Both the position numbers and the translations under genes were made by a program. Below, piece after piece: positions 56,199-64,000 of a DNA stretch of 64,000 nucleotides. Source of the stretch: an uncultured Candidatus Bathyarchaeia archaeon (lineage in GTDB: Archaea; Thermoproteota; Bathyarchaeia; Bathyarchaeales; Bathyarchaeaceae); assembly GCA_964556565.1 (NCBI GenBank), contig CAZKWF010000001.1, forward strand, positions 33,035 through 97,034, in the 5' to 3' direction. How positions within the stretch are numbered: the first letter of the stretch is position 1; each line of letters opens with the position of its first letter. The notes under the pieces were generated by a model that was given only the letters and a program-made list of their open reading frames with translations, was not told the DNA's origin and ran no database searches.

Positions 56199-56384
56199 TC
56201 AGCGTCGTCTTCTTCGTCTTCGCTTGAGCGGATTTTGGCCTGGGGTGCGTTGTAGGACTACTCGTTTTTCGTAATTGCGTCGGCATCGTACCCTTGGCAT
56301 TCGTGTTTTTCTCGGCGTGGTTGCGATCTTTGGGGTTTGTGACCGAACTTTTCCGGCTTTTGACAGTGATCCGTGTGTTGGCAT
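56199..56384 (-). CDS. rps30e: Ribosomal protein eS30
   Basis: 61 aa. MPTHGSLSKAGKVRSQTPKI matches the eS30 signature. Ends in an R7 run. Confidence 0.8.
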   Translation of the reverse strand: MPTHGSLSKAGKVRSQTPKIATTPRKTRMPRVRCRRNYEKRVVLQRTPGQNPLKRRRRRRR

Positions 56385-56480
56385 TTATTGTTCCTCTGTC
56401 CTGTGTACTTTTGTGTTGGTCGGGGTTCTTTTAAGTGTTTTTCTTTTTGTCCTTGATGTGTTTGTCCTGTTGTTTGCGCG

Positions 56481-56510
56481 TATCTCTCTTTAGGCCCCCT
56501 ATAATTTTTT
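56481..56510 (-). promoter_or_regulatory. Promoter/leader module copy
   Basis: tatctctctttaggccccctataatttttt. The CT-tract lies 99 nt from the eS30 ATG. Followed directly by ATGCAT. Confidence 0.6.
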
Positions 56511-56688
56511 ATGCATACATAAAGCGGTTAACATAGATCGTTTACATTTAAACATTATAGAGTGTAAAGAACGTGTAAAACTCCAAAAATCGGGGACTGA
56601 TGGGCTCCGCTTATATACATTTCAGAAATCAGTTTTTAGAAAAAAGAGAGGGGGAATGTTTTTCTCAGCAGATTCTTCTAAGGGCTAC

Positions 56689-57150
56689 TTATGATATTAC
56701 CCAGATGTACACACGTATCTCCTCCCAACGAATATCGTCGGGGGCTCTATGAACGAGGATCTGGTTGATGCTCTGCGCCCACCAGGAAGCACCATCGTTG
56801 TACCATTCACCATCATAATAGTATGCAAAGCCTCCATACAGCATTTGGTGGAGGTCACTATTTACCCACCTCCCAACCATATAAACGAAGAGCTCATTGG
56901 TTCCAAGATTGTGCTCGCATATGACCCCCCCAGGGCTAACTGCCATCCATCCACTGTCGTATGCTGGTGGACCCATAAATCCAAGCGGTAATGATTGATT
57001 CTCCAACACTTCAATTCTGGATTCAAGACCATAGAATGCTTCCCAAATCTGATCAAAGGGATTACCACCATTTGAAGCCATACTTGTTCCAATTAGGAAA
57101 CAGATGAGTGCAATGCTTGTTATCATAACAGCTTGTTTCTTCCCAATCAC
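56689..57150 (-). CDS. Small secreted/anchored hypothetical protein
   Basis: 153 aa. N-terminal TM/signal segment (VMITSIALICFLIGT), W/Y/G-rich. Confidence 0.5.
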   Translation of the reverse strand: MIGKKQAVMITSIALICFLIGTSMASNGGNPFDQIWEAFYGLESRIEVLENQSLPLGFMGPPAYDSGWMAVSPGGVICEHNLGTNELFVYMVGRWVNSDLHQMLYGGFAYYYDGEWYNDGASWWAQSINQILVHRAPDDIRWEEIRVYIWVIS

Positions 57151-57258
57151 GTTATCACCCCCTTATCCCTTCTAACAACCTAACAGACTCTTTCAACCCA
57201 TACTAAACATTTGAGGAACTAACTTCTATAACATACATGCACAATGTAAAATTCCTTA

Positions 57259-57268
57259 ATGCATGCAT
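57259..57268. repeat. ATGCATGCAT palindrome
   Basis: Exact 10-mer, 109 nt upstream of the 57150 start. Confidence 0.7.
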
Positions 57269-57425
57269 AGTCACATCGAGTAGCCTTTTCTCCTTAGCAA
57301 GGATTCAGAATCTTTAAATCCTAGTGTGAGAATGTCGAATTAAATAGCGGTTGGTAATTTCTGGAGTACTAGATGTTCTGTTGTTTCTGGAAGTTTCTGG
57401 CTAACAAATAAATTGAGGTGATAAA

Positions 57426-57521
57426 ATGCCATATAAACCTAGAAAAAAGCGTATGCCAATTAAACAGGTATTAAGGATAGAAAAAGGATTTAGGATGGAG
57501 GACCTGGAAGGGAAATACTGA
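57426..57521 (+). CDS. Candidate 31-aa basic micro-ORF
   Basis: MPYKPRKKRMPIKQVLRIEKGFRMEDLEGKY*. GAGGTGA lies 6 nt upstream of the ATG. The stop abuts ATGCATGCAT (57521-57530). Confidence 0.25.
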   Translation: MPYKPRKKRMPIKQVLRIEKGFRMEDLEGKY

Positions 57522-57530
57522 TGCATGCAT
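57521..57530. repeat. ATGCATGCAT palindrome
   Basis: Exact 10-mer. Confidence 0.7.
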
Positions 57531-57581
57531 TAAATTTGTTGGTTTCTACATCTTCGTAACATCCTCTGATTCTTCAAGAGC

Positions 57582-57612
57582 AACAAATCCAACATCAAAA
57601 TAATCCATGCAT
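57582..57612 (+). repeat. 31-nt direct repeat, left copy (AACAAATCCAACATCAAAATAATCCATGCAT)
   Basis: 29 of 31 positions identical to 59922-59952. Lies 74 nt beyond the 3' end of 57686-59524. Confidence 0.8.
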
Positions 57613-57685
57613 ACTGAAAATCCGTTAGAAAAAATGGAGTGTACGGGAGATATCTCCACATTTTTGTTGCTCGCGTAGAGGGCGG

Positions 57686-59524
57686 TTAAGCCAAGTTGGC
57701 AATGTAGATATCGATGAGTTCTCGAATCTCTACCTGCGCTGTACAGTCCACGATCCAGTCGTTTCCGTCAGGTGACAAGCCGCAACCATCAACGTGCCGT
57801 CGTGTGTTCTCCAGCAGCTTCATCGCTTCATCAATATTGCCGTCAGCCACGGCTAGTTCGACATCGTTGAGTATGTTGATCATGGCATTCCTAAGACCTC
57901 GGCTACGACTTCGATCCTTGAAAGCACTATCTGGCAAAGCGTTTATGGCATTCTGAAGCCACTCCACGTCTTCCCCGTCTGGTATGCCGTCGTCGTCAGT
58001 ATCAGAGTCCAACGGGTCAGTTCCGTACTCAACCTCCAAACCATCAGTGAGACCATCGTCGTCAGTATCGGAGTCTAGGGGATCAGTGCCGTAGACGTCA
58101 ACCTCGTCACCATCCGTGAGTCCATCGTCGTCACTATCAGGGTCCAAGGGGTCAGTACCGTAAACATTAACCTCGTCACCGTCAGTTAAGCCGTCGTCGT
58201 CGCTGTCCGTGTCTAGTGGGTCTGTACCATAGACATTAACTTCGTCACCGTCTGTCAGTCCATCGTCGTCGCTATCAGAGTCATCCGGGTCTGTGCCCAT
58301 CGCGATCTCCGTTCCATCCATGAGACCGTCGTCGTCGCTGTCCAAGTCAATTGCGAATGTTAGATTTCCAAGCGGTGGGGTGTATGTTGCGTTGATTGCT
58401 CCGATTTCGGGTTCAAGGAGGGGAACTGGAAGGTTGCCCATACCTACGAGGGTTCCGACACCTGGGTCGAGGCCTAGGATGTTAGTTGCTGCAACTGCGT
58501 CTCCGATTGTATCATCTAGACCTATCTGCTGGTAGAGGGGGCCTAGGCTGCCGGAGAATATGTTGATAGTTCGATCACCAACTATGGGGTCCAAGAAGCC
58601 CTTCATGTCGAGGTTCAGGTCTATGTCTGCAGATGTATTCAGCCAGTGGAGAACGGGTGTTAATAGTGCATTGACGGTATCAGGTTCATCTGGGAGCTGA
58701 ACGGTAACATCTAGAGTCTCACCGGCAGTTCCCCACTCGAGGATGCTTGGAAACCCTGGAAACCCCAATATCGGACCTGGATCTGTGATGTTAGCTCCAG
58801 TGGCATCGATGAAAGCCACCGCGCCACCGGCACCGCCTCCTATAGGTGTATCAGGAAAGTCATCTAGAGGCACAGGCGAAAGCGTAAGGGCGCTTGTTAA
58901 ACTCGCATCAAGTATGTGAAGGGTGAAGAGAGTCAAACCGATTGTACTACTACTCATAGGGACAACGACAGACGGTTCTCCGTTGAGAGGTGCTGTGAAG
59001 TTTGCTGATCCTGTGGCCAGATCCATGGGTACTGGTACGTTGTCGATAAGTTCAAGTTCTACGAGAAAGGGAATGATAGCGGCACCGAAGGGAATTATTA
59101 GCTCAGTCCAGGCTAGCGCGGTGACATTGAAAGAGACGGTGATCACTGCTGATGCATCAAGGCTGATCTCTGGGCCAGAATCATCGGTGGGTGTGTAGGT
59201 TATCTGTAGTGGCATGGGTTGTCCGGGCAGAATATCCGCAGTGTCATAGGTGAGAGTTATGTCAACTCCCATGTCAACCATGACATTAGCCGTTCCATTG
59301 ATGTCAAATTCGTAATTGATTAGTTCCTCACCAAAAGGTCCTAGAAGCGCATCGTCTATGTTTTCGTCAAACGTGAAAGTAGCGTTGAATCCAAGTCGCA
59401 GATGCTCCGTAATGGTGACCTCGGTTTGGGCATGTACAGATGGGACGAGTGCAGACGGAAACAACACCAAGGAAGCGAACATCAGGATTATCAGGCTCAA
59501 TGTGCCTACGTGGTTTCTTCTCAT
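57686..59524 (-). CDS. Secreted protein with thrombospondin-type-3-like Ca-binding repeats
   Basis: 612 aa. Signal/TM segment at the N-terminus, with about 6 tandem units TDPLDxDSDDDGLTDGDEVNVYG. Confidence 0.75.
   Translation of the reverse strand: MRRNHVGTLSLIILMFASLVLFPSALVPSVHAQTEVTITEHLRLGFNATFTFDENIDDALLGPFGEELINYEFDINGTANVMVDMGVDITLTYDTADILPGQPMPLQITYTPTDDSGPEISLDASAVITVSFNVTALAWTELIIPFGAAIIPFLVELELIDNVPVPMDLATGSANFTAPLNGEPSVVVPMSSSTIGLTLFTLHILDASLTSALTLSPVPLDDFPDTPIGGGAGGAVAFIDATGANITDPGPILGFPGFPSILEWGTAGETLDVTVQLPDEPDTVNALLTPVLHWLNTSADIDLNLDMKGFLDPIVGDRTINIFSGSLGPLYQQIGLDDTIGDAVAATNILGLDPGVGTLVGMGNLPVPLLEPEIGAINATYTPPLGNLTFAIDLDSDDDGLMDGTEIAMGTDPDDSDSDDDGLTDGDEVNVYGTDPLDTDSDDDGLTDGDEVNVYGTDPLDPDSDDDGLTDGDEVDVYGTDPLDSDTDDDGLTDGLEVEYGTDPLDSDTDDDGIPDGEDVEWLQNAINALPDSAFKDRSRSRGLRNAMINILNDVELAVADGNIDEAMKLLENTRRHVDGCGLSPDGNDWIVDCTAQVEIRELIDIYIANLA
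57965..58348. repeat. About 69-bp tandem coding repeats (TSP3-like units)
   Basis: Recurrent ccgtcgtcgtc...gggtc(a/t)gt(a/g)cc blocks on the plus strand. Confidence 0.8.
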
Positions 59525-59921
59525 GTGTTTTCACCATTAGGCACACCTTTTGAATCATTTTAAATATTAGACTTGTGAAAGAAAACTCTAGAACGGTTCT
59601 TCTCTTCTTCAGCACGTAAAAAAGGGTTCGCCGGAGCTAACTGGCGGGCTTGCGACCTAGCTGATGTATCATGGCATGCATACTCCGATTTATAGGCATA
59701 CACGAACTTGAGCACAGTTGGGTGCTTTTATATTCAAGAGCCGTTGGAGTTGTGTCCGCCTGCCTGCTATTGCCAAATCATACCCATGCGCGCGCGCAGA
59801 AAAAAACCAGCAAATCAGCTTTGTGCGTTAAGAATTTCAAAGATGCCTTCATTGAAAATCAGAGAATTTCATGTTTTTCCGGACTTGTTGCTTTCCTTGT
59901 TGGTTTTTTGATGTTAAAAGT

Positions 59922-59952
59922 AACAAATCCAACATCAAATTAATTCATGCAT
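59922..59952 (+). repeat. 31-nt direct repeat, right copy
   Basis: AACAAATCCAACATCAAATTAATTCATGCAT. Lies 398 nt upstream of the 59524 start. Confidence 0.8.
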
Positions 59953-59955
59953 GCA
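59946..59955. repeat. ATGCATGCAT-family palindrome
   Basis: catgcatgca, overlapping the end of the 31-nt direct repeat. Confidence 0.7.
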
Positions 59956-60097
59956 AACTCATACGCACAAAAGAGTTTAAATAGCCAGCATGTCAACTGA
60001 TTGAACACACGAGAATTAGAATTCCATGAGAATGCTGGTTTTTCGTTGACTGTTAAATGGAGGTGTAGTTCGATTGTCGTATAGAGAAAAGCGAGAA

Positions 60098-60217
60098 ATG
60101 CACAAGGCTGTATGCGCTGATTGCGGTCAAGAATGTGAAGTTCCCTTCAAACCTGACGGAACCAGGCCCATATATTGCCGAGAATGCTATTCCAAACGAA
60201 GACCCCCAAGAAGATAA
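60098..60217 (+). CDS. 39-aa CxxC-x17-CxxC zinc-ribbon protein (below the ORF-track length cutoff)
   Basis: MHKAVCADCGQECEVPFKPDGTRPIYCRECYSKRRPPRR*. Matches the widespread C..CG....VPF.P...RPvYC..C small-protein pattern. Confidence 0.65.
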   Translation: MHKAVCADCGQECEVPFKPDGTRPIYCRECYSKRRPPRR

Positions 60218-60272
60218 TAAGCTTATTAGCTAAATCTTCGGTCCGTCTTACGCACTTCCTTCCTTTTTATTA

Positions 60273-60283
60273 CATGCATGCAT
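60273..60283. repeat. ATGCATGCAT-family palindrome
   Basis: catgcatgcat, 56 nt after the zinc-ribbon stop. Confidence 0.7.
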
Positions 60284-60339
60284 CAAAATTCGTTATACAC
60301 ATCTTTTACGTTCATGTTAAAAGAATGTAAACATCTTCA

Positions 60340-60350
60340 ATGCATGCATG
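60340..60350. repeat. ATGCATGCAT-family palindrome
   Basis: atgcatgcatg, 8 nt beyond the 3' end of 60358-60675. Confidence 0.7.
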
Positions 60351-60357
60351 GATAGTA

Positions 60358-60675
60358 CTATCTTACAAATGTCTGCGCGTGCGCTTTGTCTGTGCATTCT
60401 GTTAACTTTTTGCATGTTAGGCATTCTTCTGGAATCTGACCTCCACTAGAGAATAGCTTCAGATATCCAAAGTAGTGCGGGCAACTTGACGGGTCTTCTT
60501 TTCTCACTTTGCGAGAATGGCTTGGGAATTTCAAGCCTTCCTCTTCCAAGGTGAGATCAATTCGGTTTTTGCAGTGTGGGCAAGCGTAGTAAGTTTCCCG
60601 CGGGATCCTTGAGAGATCGATCTGTGCAATAAGCTGATTAATCTTCTTTCCACAGCCTGGATGAGGACACTTCAC
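60358..60675 (-). CDS. Cys-rich zinc-finger protein
   Basis: 105 aa. CPHPGCG...CPHC plus a further C..C pair. Confidence 0.5.
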   Translation of the reverse strand: MKCPHPGCGKKINQLIAQIDLSRIPRETYYACPHCKNRIDLTLEEEGLKFPSHSRKVRKEDPSSCPHYFGYLKLFSSGGQIPEECLTCKKLTECTDKAHAQTFVR

Positions 60676-60801
60676 TGGCCTTTCAACCCGATATATTAAG
60701 TATCAATCGGAGGCGTAGTTCCTAACACTCGTAGCATTCTTCTATTGTCAGATTAAACGTTTATGAACAGACAGTCAACATTCAAAAACGCGCATAGAAG
60801 T

Positions 60802-60810
60802 TGCATGCAT
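60802..60810. repeat. ATGCATGCAT-family palindrome
   Basis: tgcatgcat, 42 nt beyond the 3' end of 60852-61553. Confidence 0.7.
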
Positions 60811-60851
60811 TCGAAGGCAGTGGTTGAGCTATAACAAAGATAAGCAGTGAA

Positions 60852-61553
60852 TCAAGTTAGGCCAGAAATGAAAGCAAAAGCCATGATGAGAAGGATAATT
60901 CCACTAACTTTGGGAATGTATTTCTCGTAGTGTTTGACTTTTGATTCGACTTTTTGATATGCTTTGATGCTGAAAAGTGTGACTCCAATCAAAGCTATGG
61001 TAACCGATAGAGCATAGCATATCATTAGAGTGAATGGGTTAACGCCTCCAATAGTCAGCGCTAAGAGTGCAAACTCTTCTTCATGGGCGAAGCCGAGCAC
61101 AAAAGCGAAGACCGCTATGCCTAGAAGAGTCAACTTCACTCTCTTTTTGTGTTTGTGCCAATGACTGTGTCTCCCTGTGTCAGGGTGCTCATGCTCGTGT
61201 TCATGTTCAAACTCCCCAAGGTTCTCATGGAGATGCCCATGTTGACTTTCACCTTCATCTTCAACCTTTTCAAAGAAAAACCTGAGGGCAAGCAATATCA
61301 AAACTGCGCCCGCAAGGTACTTCATGATCTGAGATGGAAAAGTAACGAAAGAACTGATCAAGATGTAAACTATGACAACCGCAATTGATGAGATAAAATG
61401 GAAAAGTGAAATAATAGTTGAGCTAACAAAACCGTAGAATATGGGTCTTCGGGTCCTTGAGGAATATAAAAAAGCGACTGGCCAGCCATGTGCGGGCTCC
61501 AGCCCATGTAACAACCCTATTGCGATCACAGCAAGAAAAACCGAATCAAACAA
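60852..61553 (-). CDS. His-rich-loop metal (Ni/Co-type) transporter-like membrane protein
   Basis: 233 aa, about 6 TM helices. GLLHGLEPAHGWP motif and cytoplasmic loop HGHLHENLGEFEHEHEHEHPDTGRHSHWHKH. Confidence 0.6.
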   Translation of the reverse strand: MFDSVFLAVIAIGLLHGLEPAHGWPVAFLYSSRTRRPIFYGFVSSTIISLFHFISSIAVVIVYILISSFVTFPSQIMKYLAGAVLILLALRFFFEKVEDEGESQHGHLHENLGEFEHEHEHEHPDTGRHSHWHKHKKRVKLTLLGIAVFAFVLGFAHEEEFALLALTIGGVNPFTLMICYALSVTIALIGVTLFSIKAYQKVESKVKHYEKYIPKVSGIILLIMAFAFISGLT

Positions 61554-61783
61554 CTTCCATTCACTTGCTCTTCTTAACGAACCGCTTTAAGAAAAATCTT
61601 CCCGTTCGTCATGTATGCATCCCGAACAAACTGTGACTCCTTGACTTGTTTTGGTTTGGATAGAAACTCTGTGACTCTACATGAATGTACCTGTTCGCTT
61701 TTGAGGGAAGGTTAGGGGTTCTGGGTGTCATGTTGAAACTAAGCCTTATATTGATGGGTATTGTTTGTTCGGGAGTGGAATTC

Positions 61784-63028
61784 ATGGGGTTAGTGGACGT
61801 TCTTAGGCGAGAGTTCTCTTTCATTACAGGGAATTATCGAATTCTTGTAGTGAGCTGGATAATAATGGACTTGGCTTTTGAAATGCCTGCCCCAAACTTT
61901 CAGTACTACGTTGAAGCTCTAGACGGAACAGGCGTAGCTCTAGGACTCATAGGTCTTGCCAACTTCCTCGCAATGGCAGCAGTAGCCTTTCCCGGTGGCT
62001 ACCTTACAGACAAATATGGAAGACGTTGGCTGATAACGACCATGACGTTTGGAATGGCCTTGTCATGGCTGTTCTTTGCGCTTGCACCCACATGGCACTT
62101 CATTCTATTAGGATCAATCGTGAGCAGTCTTTGCCTAATTTATCAACCTGCACTGTTCGCTATGGTCCAGGATTCGCTTCCACCGGAGCGTAGAGGCATG
62201 GGCTCTTCAATTATACAGCTCATCCACGGCACCTTCAATACTCCTGGCCCCATAATCGCTGGTTTTTTGCTGCTACAGTTCGGGCTGATTACAAGCATGA
62301 GAATCATCTACCTAGTTATGACCGCTCTGTTTCTTACCGCAGCAGTGTGGCGGCTCAGATTGAAGGAAACCATTACGAACGGAGAGCCCATTCGCTTTAG
62401 ATACTTCATCTCTTCGTACCCCAAGGCCATCAAAGAAAGCTTCAAGGTCTGGAAAGTCGTGCCACGATCAATGTTCTGGCTGTTTATTATTCAAAGCCTC
62501 ATGATGTTCGGCATGTCGCTTACCAACGTGATCAACGCACTGTACGCTAGAGATGTGCTTCAAATACCCCAGGAACAATGGTGGCTTGTCTTCATCCCAC
62601 TCTTGCTGACCATAGTTGTAGCTTCTATCCCAATTGGCAAAACGGTTGACAAGATTGGAAGAAAAATTCCATTAGCTACTGGCCTCATCATCTTTGGTGT
62701 AGCAACATGGATTTTTATGACTGGCGACTTTTTGAGAGTCATGGTTTCGATGTGCATGTTTGCAATCGGTCAGTTGTTGGTGATGTCTTCGGTGATGGCG
62801 CTTGCAGCAGATCTTGTACCTCCAAAGAATAGGGGCAAGGTAGTTGGATTCAGAAATTTCGTCGGTTACATCGTGATGGGTTTCGGTATGCTGTTTGGTA
62901 ATTATCTCTATGTTAGCTCAATTCCTCAACTGCCCTTTTACGTAACACTTGGATTGATCGCAATAGCACTCTCCATAGTTCTGCTTCATGTACATGAACC
63001 TGAGAAACGAGTGGATGAGCACACATAG
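61784..63028 (+). CDS. MFS transporter (paralog of 31034-32317)
   Basis: I chose the start at ATG 61784 by alignment to its paralog (MGLVDVLRREFSFITGNYRILVVSWIIMD against MRLPIISRLKQEFSFIQGNYAILVLSWIIMD). The track start is 61685. Confidence 0.8.
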   Translation: MGLVDVLRREFSFITGNYRILVVSWIIMDLAFEMPAPNFQYYVEALDGTGVALGLIGLANFLAMAAVAFPGGYLTDKYGRRWLITTMTFGMALSWLFFALAPTWHFILLGSIVSSLCLIYQPALFAMVQDSLPPERRGMGSSIIQLIHGTFNTPGPIIAGFLLLQFGLITSMRIIYLVMTALFLTAAVWRLRLKETITNGEPIRFRYFISSYPKAIKESFKVWKVVPRSMFWLFIIQSLMMFGMSLTNVINALYARDVLQIPQEQWWLVFIPLLLTIVVASIPIGKTVDKIGRKIPLATGLIIFGVATWIFMTGDFLRVMVSMCMFAIGQLLVMSSVMALAADLVPPKNRGKVVGFRNFVGYIVMGFGMLFGNYLYVSSIPQLPFYVTLGLIAIALSIVLLHVHEPEKRVDEHT

Positions 63029-63094
63029 GCGCACATTTACCTTTGTGTGCGTACGTGTAGTACCTTAGCCTCTCTATTCCAAAAGCTTGGAAAT

Positions 63095-63976
63095 CTACTT
63101 TCTTCTTACTTTCAACACTTCAAGACTCATATCGAGTGCTTTTGCGCAACCGGTTAGCTCTCCGAGACTGAGGACGTCTATCCCCGTGGCAGCGTATTCG
63201 AGAATATTTTGTTCGGTTATCCGCCCACTCGCTTCGATTAAAACATTGTTTCGTAATCCTTCCCTTTTCAACAGCGCTACAGCTTCCTTTGCTTGTTGAG
63301 GAGTGAAATTGTCAAACATGACGATATCTGCTCCAGCTTTCGCCGCTTCCAAAGCTTCTTCGACATTGGTAACCTCAATCTCAATTTTCTTAGAAAACGA
63401 AACAGCATCTCTAACCTTTTTCACAGCATCCGCAACGTTTCCAATGATTGCAAGATGATTGTCTTTTATGAGGACAAGGTCATCCATGTGGAGACGATGT
63501 GTGTCACCACCCCCAAGCATTACCGCCTTCTTATCGAAATACAGAAGCCCAGGTGCTACCTTTCGGGTGCATGCGATTCGGGTCTCATAGCCAGCGCCTC
63601 GAACCTTTTTGATCAGCCGATTGGTTGTGGTGGCTATACCGCTCATTCTCGTTAGAAGATTGAGAAGGGTTCTCTCAGTTGAAAGCAACGTTCTAGCGTC
63701 TCCGACAATCTTCATTATGGTTGCTTTCTCCTCAATCTTAGAACCATCAGTCACAAGAGCTTCAGCCTGCAATTTCAAACTCTCCAACAACGTTAAGGCT
63801 TCCTCTACTCCAGCTACTACTCCAGCCTCCTTTGCAACGACTTCGGCTTCAACAATTGTTCCAGAAGAAACTGTGAGCGCGGTAGTTGTGTCTCCCTGTC
63901 CAATGTCCTCCTCTAGAAACTTGCGAACCTTCTCCTCCAAAACTCTCTTAGGAAGAAACATTGCTAATTTCCCCAC
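63095..63976 (-). CDS. nadC: Nicotinate-nucleotide pyrophosphorylase (carboxylating)
   Basis: 293 aa. TRKVAPGLL, GGGDTHR and IVMFDNF motifs. Confidence 0.9.
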   Translation of the reverse strand: MGKLAMFLPKRVLEEKVRKFLEEDIGQGDTTTALTVSSGTIVEAEVVAKEAGVVAGVEEALTLLESLKLQAEALVTDGSKIEEKATIMKIVGDARTLLSTERTLLNLLTRMSGIATTTNRLIKKVRGAGYETRIACTRKVAPGLLYFDKKAVMLGGGDTHRLHMDDLVLIKDNHLAIIGNVADAVKKVRDAVSFSKKIEIEVTNVEEALEAAKAGADIVMFDNFTPQQAKEAVALLKREGLRNNVLIEASGRITEQNILEYAATGIDVLSLGELTGCAKALDMSLEVLKVRRK

Positions 63977-64000
63977 TCAGTTACTTCCATTATGTTTTGA

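Noticed and set aside
56199-56225. The seven-arginine C-terminal tail of eS30, considered as a sign of frameshift or low-complexity artefact.
   Set aside because: eS30 proteins are naturally very basic at the C-terminus. The run lies in the G+T-rich skew zone but stays in frame with a normal stop.

Overview
The window reads as an archaeal chromosome segment at roughly 40% GC, judged by eye. Archaeal markers are glycerol-1-phosphate dehydrogenase, FEN-1, proteasome beta, aCPSF1/FttA, SepF, ribosomal protein eS30, family-B DNA polymerase and a split methylmalonyl-CoA mutase with MeaB. A TACK/Bathyarchaeia-like lineage is my guess and cannot be confirmed here. Positions 1-36 kb and 54-64 kb are mostly housekeeping genes. 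Positions 36.3-54.4 kb look accessory. They hold a DUF5678-like/retropepsin-like pair and a 6.5-kb segment bracketed by about 267-bp direct repeats, which carries an exonuclease-dead PolB2-like polymerase, a Walker-A-less RadA paralog and two DUF72 genes. They also hold a type II R-M pair whose methyltransferase has an N-terminal DCD (PUA-like) domain. The best candidate for an undescribed system is a tightly packed six-gene minus-strand operon with a convergent seventh gene. It encodes a wHTH-PLD nuclease, an ORC-like ATPase, a HerA/DUF87 ATPase, two unknown or wHTH proteins, a free-standing degenerate Hint+LAGLIDADG protein and a paralogous ATPase. Non-genic signals are a conserved promoter/leader module in seven copies, four of five with an unambiguous start codon lying 97-101 nt upstream of it, and kb-scale keto/amino strand-skew gradients starting at those modules. 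An intergenic-restricted ATGCATGCAT palindrome is also present. Three genes look broken or recoded: a cupin with an in-frame TAA, psmB with no canonical start, and a GNAT gene split by a 2-kb insertion. I saw no rRNA, intact tRNA or CRISPR array.
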